Source: Actinomycetes bacterium (GTDB lineage Bacteria; Actinomycetota; UBA4738; HRBIN12). Taken from it: a stretch of DNA of 64,000 nucleotides. Each line of letters starts with the position of its first letter. Positions within the stretch are counted from its first letter, which is position 1. Position numbers and translations under genes: made by a program. Of this stretch, positions 54,695-64,000 are shown piece after piece. The stretch is taken from NCBI GenBank assembly GCA_031423155.1, contig JANPEZ010000010.1, forward strand, positions 5,872-69,871, given 5' to 3'. Below the pieces are notes generated by a model. That model had not been told where the DNA came from. It ran no database searches and saw nothing but the letters and a program-made list of their open reading frames with translations.

Positions 54695-55273
54695 ATGTCG
54701 GTATCCGAGCTCGATCAGACGGCGCGCGATCTTCAGCTCGCCGACATGCTTGCGAGGATCGAGGAGCTGGAGTCGAGCGACCGGGCCGAGATCAAGAAGA
54801 AGAACAAGTTGACGATCATCGCCTGGGGCGGCGACCTGGATCGCATCTGGCCCACCACGATCCTTGCGACCACCGCCGCCGCCAGCGGGATGGAGTCGAG
54901 CGTCTTCTTCACGTTCTGGGGGCTCTTCGCCATCGTCAAACCCGGCGTTCGCATCACCGGCGAGAACTGGATGCAGAAGATGATGTCCGCCATGAATGCC
55001 GGCTCCGCGGACAAGGCCAAGCTATCTCGCTATCACTTCGGAGGCGTCGGTCCCGCGATGTTCAAGAAGCTCGCTCAGGACAAGAACGTGCCGGAGCCGC
55101 AGGAGCTGATCGCCACGGCTCAGGAACTGGGCGTTCGCCTGATCCCGTGTCAGATGACGATGGATCTGCTCGGACTCAAGCGCGAAGACCTGCTCGACGG
55201 GCTCGAGGAGCCGATCGGGGCGGCCACCGCTATCGCCGAGATGCGGGACGCCGCGGTTTCCCTGTTCATCTGA
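54695..55273 (+). CDS. DsrE2/DrsE-family sulfur relay protein
   Basis: 'FFTFWGL', 'CQMTMDLLG', follows tusA. Confidence 0.88.
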   Translation: MSVSELDQTARDLQLADMLARIEELESSDRAEIKKKNKLTIIAWGGDLDRIWPTTILATTAAASGMESSVFFTFWGLFAIVKPGVRITGENWMQKMMSAMNAGSADKAKLSRYHFGGVGPAMFKKLAQDKNVPEPQELIATAQELGVRLIPCQMTMDLLGLKREDLLDGLEEPIGAATAIAEMRDAAVSLFI

Positions 55274-55309
55274 GTTCTCGGCGTCGGCCGTCCCTGTAGC
55301 CTGGCCCGC

Positions 55310-56662
55310 GTGGAGGAGCATGGCGTTACCTTTCGCGAGGCCGCCCGTTTCTGGGTGAAGTTGGGATTCATCAGTTTCGGCGGGCCTACCGGGCAGATCG
55401 CGATCATGCACGAGGAGATCGTGGAGCGCCGGAAGTGGGTCTCCAACGGGCGGTTCCTGCATGCTCTGAACTACTGCATGTTGCTCCCCGGGCCCGAGGC
55501 TCAGCAGTTGGCTATCTATATCGGGTGGTTGCTGCACAAGGTTCGTGGGGGGCTCGTCGCAGGGATCGCGTTCGTCCTTCCCAGCTTCTTCCTGATGTTC
55601 GGGCTCTCGTGGGCGTACGCCTCGCACGGGGACGTCGCCTGGGTGAGCGCGGTGTTCTCGGGGCTGGCGGCATCTGTGATCGGGATCGTGGCTTCCGCGG
55701 TGATCCGGATCGGCAAGAAGGCCCTGGCGAACCCTCTGATGATCGCGGTCGCCGTCGCGGCGTTCGCAGCGATCTTCCTGGGGCACGTTCCATTCCCGCT
55801 TATCGTGCTGGGCGCGGGCTCGTTCGGCCTCATCGGGGGAGCGCTCAGGCCGGAGATGTTCGCGGTGGGCGTGGGACACGAGTTGCAGGAGAACGCCCAG
55901 GTCGCCATCAGCGACGAGGGCTCACTCCCCGATCACGTGAGGCCATCAGCGGCTCGCGCCCTTCGGGTGCTCGTGATCGGGCTCGTCCTGTGGCTCGTGC
56001 CCCTCGTCTTGCTGGCCATGTGGCGTGGAGGGGCCGACACCCTTACGCAGGAGGGGTGGTTCTTCTCGAAGGCGGCTCTCGTCACTTTCGGTGGCGCCTA
56101 CGCGGTCCTGTCCTACATCAACGTCGCCGCGGTCTCACAATTCAAGTGGCTCCTTCCCGGTCAGATGGTGGTCGGGCTGGGCCTGGCCGAATCGACTCCG
56201 GGACCTCTCATCATGGTGGTCGAGTTCGTTGGCTTCGTCGCCGGCTATCAACACCCCGGCGAACTGTCTCCATTGGTGGCCGGAACGCTCGGAGCGGTGG
56301 TCGCCACGTGGGCTACGTTCGCGCCGTGCTTCGTCTGGATCTTCCTCGGCGCACCGTTCATCGAGAAACTGCGCGGGAACCGGCGGCTTGCAGCGGCCCT
56401 TGAAACGATAACCGCGGCGATCGTCGGGGTGGTGGCCAACCTGGCCGTCTTCTTCGGGGCTCACACGCTGTTCGATCGGGTGGATACCGTGCGTATCCTC
56501 GGTGGCCCGGTCCCTTCACCCCAGTGGTCGAGCGTCGATCCGTTCGCGCTTGCCGTCGCCACGGTCTCGTTCATCGGCCTGTGGAGATTCAAGTGGAAGA
56601 TCGTGCCGGTGGTGGTTACGGCGGCGGGTGCGGGTCTGGTGGTGAACGGCTTCCTTCGATGA
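55310..56662 (+). CDS. chrA: Chromate transporter (long-chain CHR)
   Basis: 'SFGGPTGQIA', 'LLPGPEAQQLA', 'TFGGAYAV', 'ESTPGP'. Confidence 0.93.
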   Translation: MEEHGVTFREAARFWVKLGFISFGGPTGQIAIMHEEIVERRKWVSNGRFLHALNYCMLLPGPEAQQLAIYIGWLLHKVRGGLVAGIAFVLPSFFLMFGLSWAYASHGDVAWVSAVFSGLAASVIGIVASAVIRIGKKALANPLMIAVAVAAFAAIFLGHVPFPLIVLGAGSFGLIGGALRPEMFAVGVGHELQENAQVAISDEGSLPDHVRPSAARALRVLVIGLVLWLVPLVLLAMWRGGADTLTQEGWFFSKAALVTFGGAYAVLSYINVAAVSQFKWLLPGQMVVGLGLAESTPGPLIMVVEFVGFVAGYQHPGELSPLVAGTLGAVVATWATFAPCFVWIFLGAPFIEKLRGNRRLAAALETITAAIVGVVANLAVFFGAHTLFDRVDTVRILGGPVPSPQWSSVDPFALAVATVSFIGLWRFKWKIVPVVVTAAGAGLVVNGFLR

Positions 56663-56666
56663 TCCC

Positions 56667-57224
56667 CTACGGCAGGTACTGCTCCTCGATCTTGACGATG
56701 ACGCCGTTCTCGACGGTGATCCAGTGCGGGCTGGAGATGCCGTGGAAGCGCCTCGTCGGATCGGCCGCGTAGCCCGCGAACCTTTCCAGCGTTATGGACG
56801 TGTAGGAATCACAGCACTTGGCCCAGTCGTAGACGAGGATCTCTGCGGCCGGGTCGATCGGCACGGTTCGCAGCTTCGGGTTGTCGTTGATGATGTAGTA
56901 GTCGTTGGGGACCGGAACCTCATCGCCGCGATCGGCCGCGGCCTGGTTCGCCTCTTCGCCGGTCAGGAAGTATCCGAGGTCGAACGTCAGGTTAGGCGTC
57001 GTGTCCAGGTTCGCGACCGCTTTGAGGAACACGAACGAGCGGCCGTCCTCGATCACACCGGTGGAAGTGGTCGGCGACGCCGAGGGGGAGCCGGGAGTAC
57101 TCGAAGCCGGTGCGCTCGGGGCCGGGGCGGGAGAGGCGATCGCCTGGCTGGAGGAGCCGGTCTTCGTGCAGGCCGGTCCGAGCATCGCCGATCCGATGAC
57201 TATCGCTGCAAGCGTCTTCCTCAT
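56667..57224 (-). CDS. Hypothetical lipoprotein
   Basis: 'MRKTLAAIVIGSAMLGPAC', Ser/Pro linker, 'NDYYIIND', C-terminal 'IEEQYLP'. Confidence 0.75.
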   Translation of the reverse strand: MRKTLAAIVIGSAMLGPACTKTGSSSQAIASPAPAPSAPASSTPGSPSASPTTSTGVIEDGRSFVFLKAVANLDTTPNLTFDLGYFLTGEEANQAAADRGDEVPVPNDYYIINDNPKLRTVPIDPAAEILVYDWAKCCDSYTSITLERFAGYAADPTRRFHGISSPHWITVENGVIVKIEEQYLP

Positions 57225-57285
57225 GGCAGGCGCCTTCCCATGGTGGTGCTGCCAGCCTAGCGCTCGAACGGTGCTGGAACGGCGG

Positions 57286-57363
57286 GGCGGGTGCGGATCT
57301 TGTCGCGGAAGGCCTCGAGCCTGGCCCGTTGGCTCGGCCTCTTCCGCGGACCACGCACCCGCC
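57286..57363. other. Long imperfect hairpin (terminator, processing stem or ncRNA)
   Basis: GGCGGGTGCG/CGCACCCGCC (10 bp), CGCGGAAG/CTTCCGCG (8 bp), CGAGCC/GGCTCG (6 bp), nested. Confidence 0.55.
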
Positions 57364-57427
57364 ATCCGCCTGGTCCGGCTTTGCCATCCGAGAGGGGGTT
57401 CCGGATCGCAGCCGGTCTGCGCGCCAT

Positions 57428-57640
57428 CTAGCTCAGCGGTGCTCGCCGGACTGAGCTCGATAGCGACCCGGTCTCACATAAGACCGAGGACTCACTCATC
57501 TCGACGTCGTCGACTTCCACGACGAGGTGACGATTCATGACCGTGGCAAGGAGGGTGGCGTACCAGCTCGGCTCGTAAGCGAGCTGCGTGCACTCCTTGC
57601 ACCCCTGGGTGGTTCCCGCCCTGTGCGTCTCGTGACCCAT
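57428..57640 (-). CDS. Small hypothetical protein (70 aa) with HxxH...CxxC
   Basis: GGAGG RBS 6 nt before ATG 57640; MGHETHRAGTTQGCKEC... Confidence 0.5.
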   Translation of the reverse strand: MGHETHRAGTTQGCKECTQLAYEPSWYATLLATVMNRHLVVEVDDVEMSESSVLCETGSLSSSVRRAPLS

Positions 57641-57779
57641 GTTCCGCCTCCGACCCCTCTTGCTTGAGGTCACAGTGTCGTACCTGTTTCGTCAGGCGTG
57701 AATACCGCAGACATGCGAAAGATAGCTCCCCGGGACTAGGTAGTTATAACCATGTAGGCGGCGCGTGCCCGGCTCGTGC

Positions 57780-59222
57780 CTACGGTGAACGCACCTCGGC
57801 ATCCAATCGCCAAGCATCGCCTGCCTCGGTTCTGCTGACGTCTAGCACGGTCCCGTCCTCGAGTTCGAGGCGCAGCGACGTCCGGCCCTCCTTCAGGCCC
57901 GACTCGAGCACCTCGACCTTCTCCCGGACCCCTCCCCATAGGATCGAGGTGGCCACTTCCGCCGTGAAGACGACCGAGAGCTCCGGACTCCGCGCGATCC
58001 AACGAGGAAGGACTGGGGTCCAAAGGATGAACGCGATCCCGATCGCGGCCACGGCTCCTGAGTCACCCAGGGCCGGGATCAGGGGGACGGCCATCCCGGC
58101 CGCTAGGAGCCTCGCGAGGTTGTAGCCGACGTCGTAGACGGCGAAGACCCGGCCCCTGTAGCCGTCGGGCAGCGACTCTTGGACCATCGTGTCGATGGGG
58201 ACCTTCTTCCAGGCGAAGGTCAGGCCTGTAGCGAAACTGGCGATCAGAACGGTCACCCCTGTGATGTGGAAGGCGACCGCGATCAGGGCGGCCCCTCCGG
58301 CCAGGAAGGAGCCTGCGACGATCCTCTCTTTCGAGAAGCGCTTCTCGAGCAGTCCGACGGTCGCAAGGCCGACGAAGACACCGACGCCGCCGGCCCCGAT
58401 CAGCCAGGAGAACGAACCGACGCCCTCTTTGAAACGCTCGCGGAACACGACCAGGGATAGGGTCAAGATCATCCCTTGGCCGATCTGGTCGAGCATGATC
58501 GATGTGATCGGTCCGAGAGCGCGCGGGGTGTGCACGAGACGGCCCATCCCATCTGCGAACTCGACGAGCACTCTCCTGAGTTGATGCGCCAGCAGGCCCG
58601 GATCTTCGGGCAGTGTCAGCGGCGCCAGGTCGCTGCGTATGCGCGAGGCTATCCAGGAGGCCAACATCCAAAGGCATCCAGAAGTGATGACGAGCGGAAC
58701 GCTCCCGAAGTGGTCGGCGAGCTGACCTCCGGCGAAGACCCCGCCCAGCAGTGCGACGGTTCCTCCGACGGTGGCCATGGAGTTCGCCGTCAGAAGATCT
58801 TGGGTCGGAACCATCCTCGGAACGGCGGCTTGAGCGGTAGCCAGGAAGAAGCGGTTGACCGACAGCACCCCCAGAGCTCCGGAATAGAACAGGATGGCCG
58901 CCTCGGACGGATCGAACAGGATGAGTCCGGCCAGGGCCACGCGGATCCAGGGCGCGATGGTCAAGATGCGGCGCCGGCGCCAGCGGTCGATGAACACTCC
59001 CGTGAAGGGTCCGATGATCGAGAACGGCAGGGACAGGATCAGGGAGGCCTTGAGCAGTCCGACCGTCGTGCTCTGGTTCTCCGGCGAGAAGACGACCGAG
59101 GAGATGAGTGACGCCTGGAAGACGCCGTCGGCGAACTGTGAAGCCATGCGGATGAAGAAGAGGCGCCGGAAATCCTCGTATTGCAAGGCGTCTCGCGCCT
59201 TGTCGATGGTTCCGCTGCTCAT
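57780..59222 (-). CDS. MFS transporter with extra ~65-aa soluble C-terminal domain
   Basis: 'SQFADGVFQA', 'GPFTGVFIDRWRRR', 'YRGRVFAVYD'; family commonly seen near actinobacterial ino1. Confidence 0.88.
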   Translation of the reverse strand: MSSGTIDKARDALQYEDFRRLFFIRMASQFADGVFQASLISSVVFSPENQSTTVGLLKASLILSLPFSIIGPFTGVFIDRWRRRRILTIAPWIRVALAGLILFDPSEAAILFYSGALGVLSVNRFFLATAQAAVPRMVPTQDLLTANSMATVGGTVALLGGVFAGGQLADHFGSVPLVITSGCLWMLASWIASRIRSDLAPLTLPEDPGLLAHQLRRVLVEFADGMGRLVHTPRALGPITSIMLDQIGQGMILTLSLVVFRERFKEGVGSFSWLIGAGGVGVFVGLATVGLLEKRFSKERIVAGSFLAGGAALIAVAFHITGVTVLIASFATGLTFAWKKVPIDTMVQESLPDGYRGRVFAVYDVGYNLARLLAAGMAVPLIPALGDSGAVAAIGIAFILWTPVLPRWIARSPELSVVFTAEVATSILWGGVREKVEVLESGLKEGRTSLRLELEDGTVLDVSRTEAGDAWRLDAEVRSP

Positions 59223-59251
59223 GCGGGCATCCTAGGTCCGGGAACGCGAAA

Positions 59252-59272
59252 GGCCGGGGACGGGCCCCGGCC
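59252..59272 (-). terminator. Intrinsic terminator after ino1
   Basis: GGCCGGGG/CCCCGGCC stem followed by TTT on the minus strand. Confidence 0.6.
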
Positions 59273-59286
59273 CTATCGCGAGGAGC

Positions 59287-60408
59287 TCAGGCAGAAGCGT
59301 TGTCGAAGAACGCGGTCCAGTCCGCCGACTTGGAAGCGCCGTTGCCGAGGATGAACTCCTCGACCATCTCGCGAGCGGCCTCGTCGGAGAACTGCACCGG
59401 AGGGCTCTTCATGAAGTAGGCGCTGGGTCCGATGAGCGGTCCCCCCACTCCGCGGTCCAGGGCAAGCTTGGCCGCCCGAACCGCGTCGATGACGATGCCT
59501 GCCGAGTTGGGAGAGTCCCAGACCTCGAGCTTGAGCTCGATGGTCAAGGGCACGTCGCCGAATGACTGACCTTCCAGGCGGATCTGCGCCCACTTGCGGT
59601 CCTCGAGCCAGGGGACGTGGTCCGAGGGTCCGATGTGGATGCTCGCCTTGTCCAGCGGCTTCTCCAGTTGGGACTGCACCGACTGGGTCTTGGAAAGCTT
59701 CTTGGAAGCCAGCCTCTGTCGTTCGAGCATGTTCATGAAGTCCATGTTGCCGCCGAAGTTCAACTGGTAGGTCCGGTTGAGTTTCACGCCGCGGTCCTCG
59801 AAGAGCTTGGCCAAGACACGGTGGACGATGGTCGCGCCGACCTGGGACTTGATGTCGTCGCCCACGATCGGAACTCCGGCCTCGACGAACCTGCGCGCCC
59901 AGGCCTGGTCCGATGCGATGAAGACCGGCAGGCAGTTGACGAACGCGACCTTGGCGTCTAGAGCGCACTGCGCGTAGAAGCGCGCGGCCTCCTCCGAACC
60001 GACGGGCAGGTAGCAGACGAGAACATCGACGCGAGCATCTCGAAGGATCTGCGTGACGTCGGCCTCGGGCTGATCTGATTCCGTGATGACCTCTCGGTAG
60101 AAAGTGCCCAGCCCGTCGAGGGTGCGCCCGCGCGAGACCGTGACGCCCGTTAGAGGAACGTCGGCGAAACGGACGGTGTTATTGGGCTCGGAGTAGATGG
60201 CCTCGGAGACATCGGTGCCGACCTTCTTAGCGTCGACGTCGAACGCGGCCACGACTTCGATGTCACGGACGTGGTATCCGCCGAGGTCGACGTGCATCAG
60301 GCCGGGGACGCGATCTTCGGTGCTCGCGTCCTTGTAGTACTCCAAACCCTGGACGAGCGAGGAAGCGCAGTTCCCCACGCCCACGATCGCGAGTCGGACC
60401 TTGCTCAT
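59287..60408 (-). CDS. ino1: myo-inositol-1-phosphate synthase
   Basis: '[14 protein letters not shown]', 'YLPVGSE', '[14 protein letters not shown]', '[10 protein letters not shown]', 'VWDSPNSAG'. Confidence 0.97.
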   Translation of the reverse strand: MSKVRLAIVGVGNCASSLVQGLEYYKDASTEDRVPGLMHVDLGGYHVRDIEVVAAFDVDAKKVGTDVSEAIYSEPNNTVRFADVPLTGVTVSRGRTLDGLGTFYREVITESDQPEADVTQILRDARVDVLVCYLPVGSEEAARFYAQCALDAKVAFVNCLPVFIASDQAWARRFVEAGVPIVGDDIKSQVGATIVHRVLAKLFEDRGVKLNRTYQLNFGGNMDFMNMLERQRLASKKLSKTQSVQSQLEKPLDKASIHIGPSDHVPWLEDRKWAQIRLEGQSFGDVPLTIELKLEVWDSPNSAGIVIDAVRAAKLALDRGVGGPLIGPSAYFMKSPPVQFSDEAAREMVEEFILGNGASKSADWTAFFDNASA

Positions 60409-61013
60409 GACGTGTGCTCCTTTCGGCGAAGCGCCCGCGGTTCCCTGGCACGCTTCGTTCCCCCTCGGGTTGATGTGTTCCGAGCCTTCGACGTTCCCGT
60501 GACGCGCTCGGCGGCGATGAGGCCCTCGAGCCAAGCGATGTCGGACTCAGTTGCGCTGCGTCCGTGCTCCATCAGCGCGAGGGTGTAGGTGTCTACCCGC
60601 TCGCGGGTGCCGCGCAGTGAGTCCTTGATGGTGCTGAGCCGATCCTCGAGGGTCGCGCGCCGGCGTTCCAGCAGGCGGATGCGCGTCTCGGGCGGCAGGT
60701 AGCGGAAGAACGCGAGGCGCACCCTGAAACGGGTGTCCTCCGTCGAGTTGTCGTGCGGCGTCTCCTGCAGCAGCTCGAAGAAGAGCTTCTCGCCCTTCTC
60801 GGTGATGGTGTAGGTGTTCTTGCGCCGGCCGCGCTCCTGCGGTCCGGCCGCCGACTCGATGGCCCCATCGGCCTCGAGGCGGCGCAGCGTCGGATAGAGC
60901 GAGCCGTAGGAGACCCTCCAGAAGCCTCCCAGCGAGTCGCTGAGCTCCCTGGAGAGCTGGTAGCCGTGCATCGACTGCTCCTTGAGCAGCCCCAAGATCG
61001 CGAGTTCTAGCAT
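60405..61013 (-). CDS. PadR-family regulator (Rv0047c-like) coupled to ino1
   Basis: '[10 protein letters not shown]...MHGY.L', '[12 protein letters not shown]'; ATGA overlap with ino1. Confidence 0.92.
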   Translation of the reverse strand: MLELAILGLLKEQSMHGYQLSRELSDSLGGFWRVSYGSLYPTLRRLEADGAIESAAGPQERGRRKNTYTITEKGEKLFFELLQETPHDNSTEDTRFRVRLAFFRYLPPETRIRLLERRRATLEDRLSTIKDSLRGTRERVDTYTLALMEHGRSATESDIAWLEGLIAAERVTGTSKARNTSTRGGTKRAREPRALRRKEHTS

Positions 61014-61049
61014 GTGGCGGTGGGCTTCCTTCCCTGGTTACTTCCGGGT

Positions 61050-61085
61050 CGATATATCGGTCCTATATATCGCTTTGATATATCT
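61050..61085. promoter_or_regulatory. Three ATATATC-core palindromic boxes at 13-bp period (candidate PadR operator array)
   Basis: CGATATATCG 61050-61059, CTATATATCG 61063-61072, TGATATATCT 61076-61085. Confidence 0.7.
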
Positions 61086-61129
61086 AACCGCTATCCGGGG
61101 TAAGCGTCAACCTGGGTTGAGATCTGATC

Positions 61130-62308
61130 CTAGGCGGGAAGGGGATGGCGGCCGGCTCGCATGGCCAGGGCGGCGGACGCCAGCCCCAGAGCGCCGCAGG
61201 CTATCCATACGGCCTGCGGCCGTGCGTGGAAGACGGCCGTGCCCGCCACTGGCCCGACGATGGCGGCCATACCGAACATCATCCCGAAGGCGGCCTGATA
61301 GCGGCCTCGCAGGTGCTCGGGCGAACGCTCAGCGATGAAGGCGCTGGCCGGAGGGGACTCGATGATCTCCCCGAAGGTGTAGATGAAGACGCACACCACG
61401 AGCGCAGGGACTGTACGGGCGAAGCCGACGAGGAAGAACCCGAGGCCGAGTAGGAACGAGCCGAGGGCGACCATCCTGGCGGCCTGATGCCGCTGGGTCC
61501 AGGCCGACATCGGAAGTTCGGCGATGACGCAGATGACCCCGTTCAGGGACAACAACAGTCCGTACGTCTCGTTCGAGAGCCGACTCGCGGTCACGTGCAG
61601 GGCGAAGGTCGTGAGCGCCTGCATGTAGATGACGGCGGCGCAGAAGATGGCGGCCAGGAAGAGCAGCAGGCCTCGATCCGCCAGGAGCGACTTCGTGGCT
61701 TCTCCTCGGCGCTCGTCGACGCGCGCGCTTCGAACGCCGTGGGGCAGAGCTATAAGCGAGACGACGCCGAACGCGACCGACGTGGCCGCGTCGGCCGCGA
61801 AGAGGACGAAGAACGATCGCGAGGCCATGAGCCCTCCGATCGCCGGCCCGAAAGCCCACCCGGCGTTCACCGCCAGGCGGTAGAGCGCGAACGCGGTCAC
61901 ACGCTGCTCGGCCGGGATCAGATCCGCGATCAGCGCCGAGCTCGCCGGACGGTACAGTTCGGCGAACAAACCCACGAGGGCCGTCAGCGGCAAGATCATG
62001 CCCAAGGTGCTCGCCTGTGAAAGGGCCAGGGTCGATGCGGCCGAACCGAACATCGAAAGGGCGACCGAGTTCCGCCGGCCGATGCGATCGGCGAGAAGTC
62101 CTCCGATCGATACCGCTCCGATGCCGCCGACTCCGTACATAGCGACGGCGATCCCGGCCTGCGGCGCCGAATATCCGAGATCTCTCAGGTAGAGAACAAG
62201 GAAAGGGAGCACGAATGTGCCGAAGCGGTTGATGAAGCTGCCCCCGAACAAGATCCAGGCGGTGCGCGGCATCGCGCGGACGTTGACTCGGAGCGTGGAT
62301 TCGGTCAC
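61130..62308 (-). CDS. MFS transporter (MdtH-like)
   Basis: 'GGLLADRIGRR', 'HLRGRYQA', ~12 TM. Confidence 0.9.
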   Translation of the reverse strand: MTESTLRVNVRAMPRTAWILFGGSFINRFGTFVLPFLVLYLRDLGYSAPQAGIAVAMYGVGGIGAVSIGGLLADRIGRRNSVALSMFGSAASTLALSQASTLGMILPLTALVGLFAELYRPASSALIADLIPAEQRVTAFALYRLAVNAGWAFGPAIGGLMASRSFFVLFAADAATSVAFGVVSLIALPHGVRSARVDERRGEATKSLLADRGLLLFLAAIFCAAVIYMQALTTFALHVTASRLSNETYGLLLSLNGVICVIAELPMSAWTQRHQAARMVALGSFLLGLGFFLVGFARTVPALVVCVFIYTFGEIIESPPASAFIAERSPEHLRGRYQAAFGMMFGMAAIVGPVAGTAVFHARPQAVWIACGALGLASAALAMRAGRHPLPA

Positions 62309-62314
62309 GAGGGG

Positions 62315-62983
62315 CTAGCGCCCGGGTCGCCGGTAGTCCGTGACGTATCCCGGAGTCGGGATGCCCTCCTTGAGCAGGGGGTCGGGGATCGGATTGCCGT
62401 AGGTCTGAGATATGGGAAGGATGCCGGCCCAGTAGGTGCCTGCGTAGTCCTGCTCGGGATCCTCAGCCTGACCGGTCGAGACCTTGGCGGAGGCCTCGGC
62501 GAGCGGCAGCGCCAGGAAGAGCGTCTGCTTGAGCTCCTCGGCGCTGGGCATGCGCGAGTCCTGGCCCCGTCCCTCGGCGACGTGGTTCGTTATCGCGCGC
62601 GCGACGACCTCGAGCTCGGCCGGGTCGGTGACCTCACGCGCCGTGCCGTAGACGATCACCGACCGGTAGTTCATCGAGTGCTCGAACATCGATCGGGCGA
62701 AGCGGATGCCGTCGATAAGGGTTACGCACACGGACACGTCGATGCCGTCCCTCAGAGCCTTCAGCGTTCGGCTGGCGGCCGATCCATGGAAGTAGAGGAC
62801 GTCTCCGATCCGAACGTGGATCGTCGGGATGACCCGAGGGCCTTGCTCGGTGGAGTACCCGACGTGGCAGATGAGGGCCTCGTCCAAGATGGCGGCGATG
62901 CTCTCGGGGTCGTAGACGCCCAACTCGGGCAGGCGTTTGACCTGCGTACGGGCGGTGGGAGGCGAGGCCTTGTCGGCGGACAT
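62315..62983 (-). CDS. Pyridoxamine 5'-phosphate oxidase-like FMN-binding protein
   Basis: 'ILDEALICHVG', 'LYFHGS', 'ARS.FEHSMNYRSV'. Confidence 0.9.
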   Translation of the reverse strand: MSADKASPPTARTQVKRLPELGVYDPESIAAILDEALICHVGYSTEQGPRVIPTIHVRIGDVLYFHGSAASRTLKALRDGIDVSVCVTLIDGIRFARSMFEHSMNYRSVIVYGTAREVTDPAELEVVARAITNHVAEGRGQDSRMPSAEELKQTLFLALPLAEASAKVSTGQAEDPEQDYAGTYWAGILPISQTYGNPIPDPLLKEGIPTPGYVTDYRRPGR

Positions 62984-63004
62984 GCGGGGCAGCTTAGCGG
63001 CTCG

Positions 63005-64000
63005 CTAGGTGACCTCGCGAGCCACGCGGAAGCCCGACTCGACCGCGCCGTTCATGGTTCCGCTATGGATGTATGTGGCGGTTGCCTCTCCCGCGAAGTG
63101 GACGTTTCCCTGGTGCCTGCCCTGGACCCCCTCGAAGGAAGTGAACCCTCCCGTCCGGCAGTAGGAGTAGCTGCCCTTGACCCAGGGATCGTTCGACCAG
63201 TTGTCGACGTAGGTCTGTCCGGCGATCGCTTCAGCCGCGCTGCCGGGGAAGATCGTGTCGACCGCGGCGAGAGCGTCGGACAAGACGGCGCCGGCGGCCA
63301 GGCCGTGAGCCGGCGTCGCTCCGTAGTCGCGGTTGTTCATGAACACGAGGACCGACGGGTCCCTGGCCAGGTAGCTCGCCTGCCAGACGGCTTGAGTCAC
63401 CAGATCACTTACCGCGTCGCCGGTGCTGCTCGATAGCTTCCAGGGTTGACCGTGGAACTGGAAGTTGAACTTGGTTGTGTTCCCGAGGGCTTCCTGCGCG
63501 ATCCAGCGCCTAGTTGCGGCGCCGAAACCCGCTGCGCTGCAGTCGACATCGCGGAGTGTGGTTACCGGCAGGGTCAGGATCGCCTTGTCGGCGACGACGG
63601 CGCTGGTGGCGCCTCCTCCGGTGTCGAAGGTCAGCACGACCTTTCCGTCCGCTCGCTGCCTCAGGGCAACGAGCTGGTGTCCAAGGTGCAGGCTCCCGGG
63701 CTGAAGGTGCCTCTTCAGCGCCGTCGCCAGGGTGTCGTTGCCGCCCGGTACGGCGTAGCGCTCGTCGTAGCCGCCGCCTCTCCAGATGGTTCCCTCCTCA
63801 AGGATCTGATGGATGGAGGAAGCCAGATCGGCGCTGCCGCCGTACTCGACTCCGAGATCGTTCGCGACGTAGGCGCCCGCCGGCGTAGAGGTGCCGTAGT
63901 CCGTTTCGGTGTCGAGGAAGTCCGCGACCGACATCGCGTCGTAGGTGCGCGCGGCCGCGTTGTTGTCATCGAAGGTAGGGATGTGGTGACCGATCGCACG
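63005..64000 (-). CDS. Flavin-containing amine oxidase (5' end outside window)
   Basis: Frame open to the window edge; 'GGND.L...L', 'W..DPW..GSYS', 'HFAGEAT....GTMNGAVESG.R.A'. Confidence 0.88.
   Translation of the reverse strand, partial: RAIGHHIPTFDDNNAAARTYDAMSVADFLDTETDYGTSTPAGAYVANDLGVEYGGSADLASSIHQILEEGTIWRGGGYDERYAVPGGNDTLATALKRHLQPGSLHLGHQLVALRQRADGKVVLTFDTGGGATSAVVADKAILTLPVTTLRDVDCSAAGFGAATRRWIAQEALGNTTKFNFQFHGQPWKLSSSTGDAVSDLVTQAVWQASYLARDPSVLVFMNNRDYGATPAHGLAAGAVLSDALAAVDTIFPGSAAEAIAGQTYVDNWSNDPWVKGSYSYCRTGGFTSFEGVQGRHQGNVHFAGEATATYIHSGTMNGAVESGFRVAREVT

Overview
High-GC Actinomycetota-type chromosome segment spanning the replication origin. The core is gyrA-gyrB-dciA(DUF721)-recF-dnaN-[oriC]-dnaA, divergent from rpmH-rnpA-yidD-yidC-jag-[parS]-rsmG-parA-parB. 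Next comes the conserved actinobacterial block: ddl-like/aminotransferase, CwlM-like amidase, trxA/trxB, anti-sigma/SigM-like ECF, murJ, DUF6049, NUDIX and CCA-adding enzyme. tRNA-Ala(TGC) and tRNA-Ile(GAT) lie on the left, separated by ~7.6 kb of accessory genes. The right arm carries a P-type ATPase, a ModE-like/MOT1/lepB operon, a YchF-like protein, sodN/sodX, tusA/dsrE/chrA, padR-ino1 and MFS genes. I found no integrase, transposase, CRISPR array or rRNA. The most unusual items are: (1) ParA with a ~200-aa acidic tail ending in a MinD-like amphipathic motif; (2) a Cys-containing uORF and self-sequestered RBS before tusA-dsrE, a candidate cysteine attenuator; (3) a highly structured ~145-nt leader before a 23-aa tandem-repeat protein; (4) a Tad-like pseudopilin coupled to murJ plus a lone PilT/PilU; (5) an RGG-rich membrane-anchored protein; (6) unannotated small ORFs and many candidate leaderless, bidirectional promoters. 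All calls come from visual motif recognition; no database searches were run.
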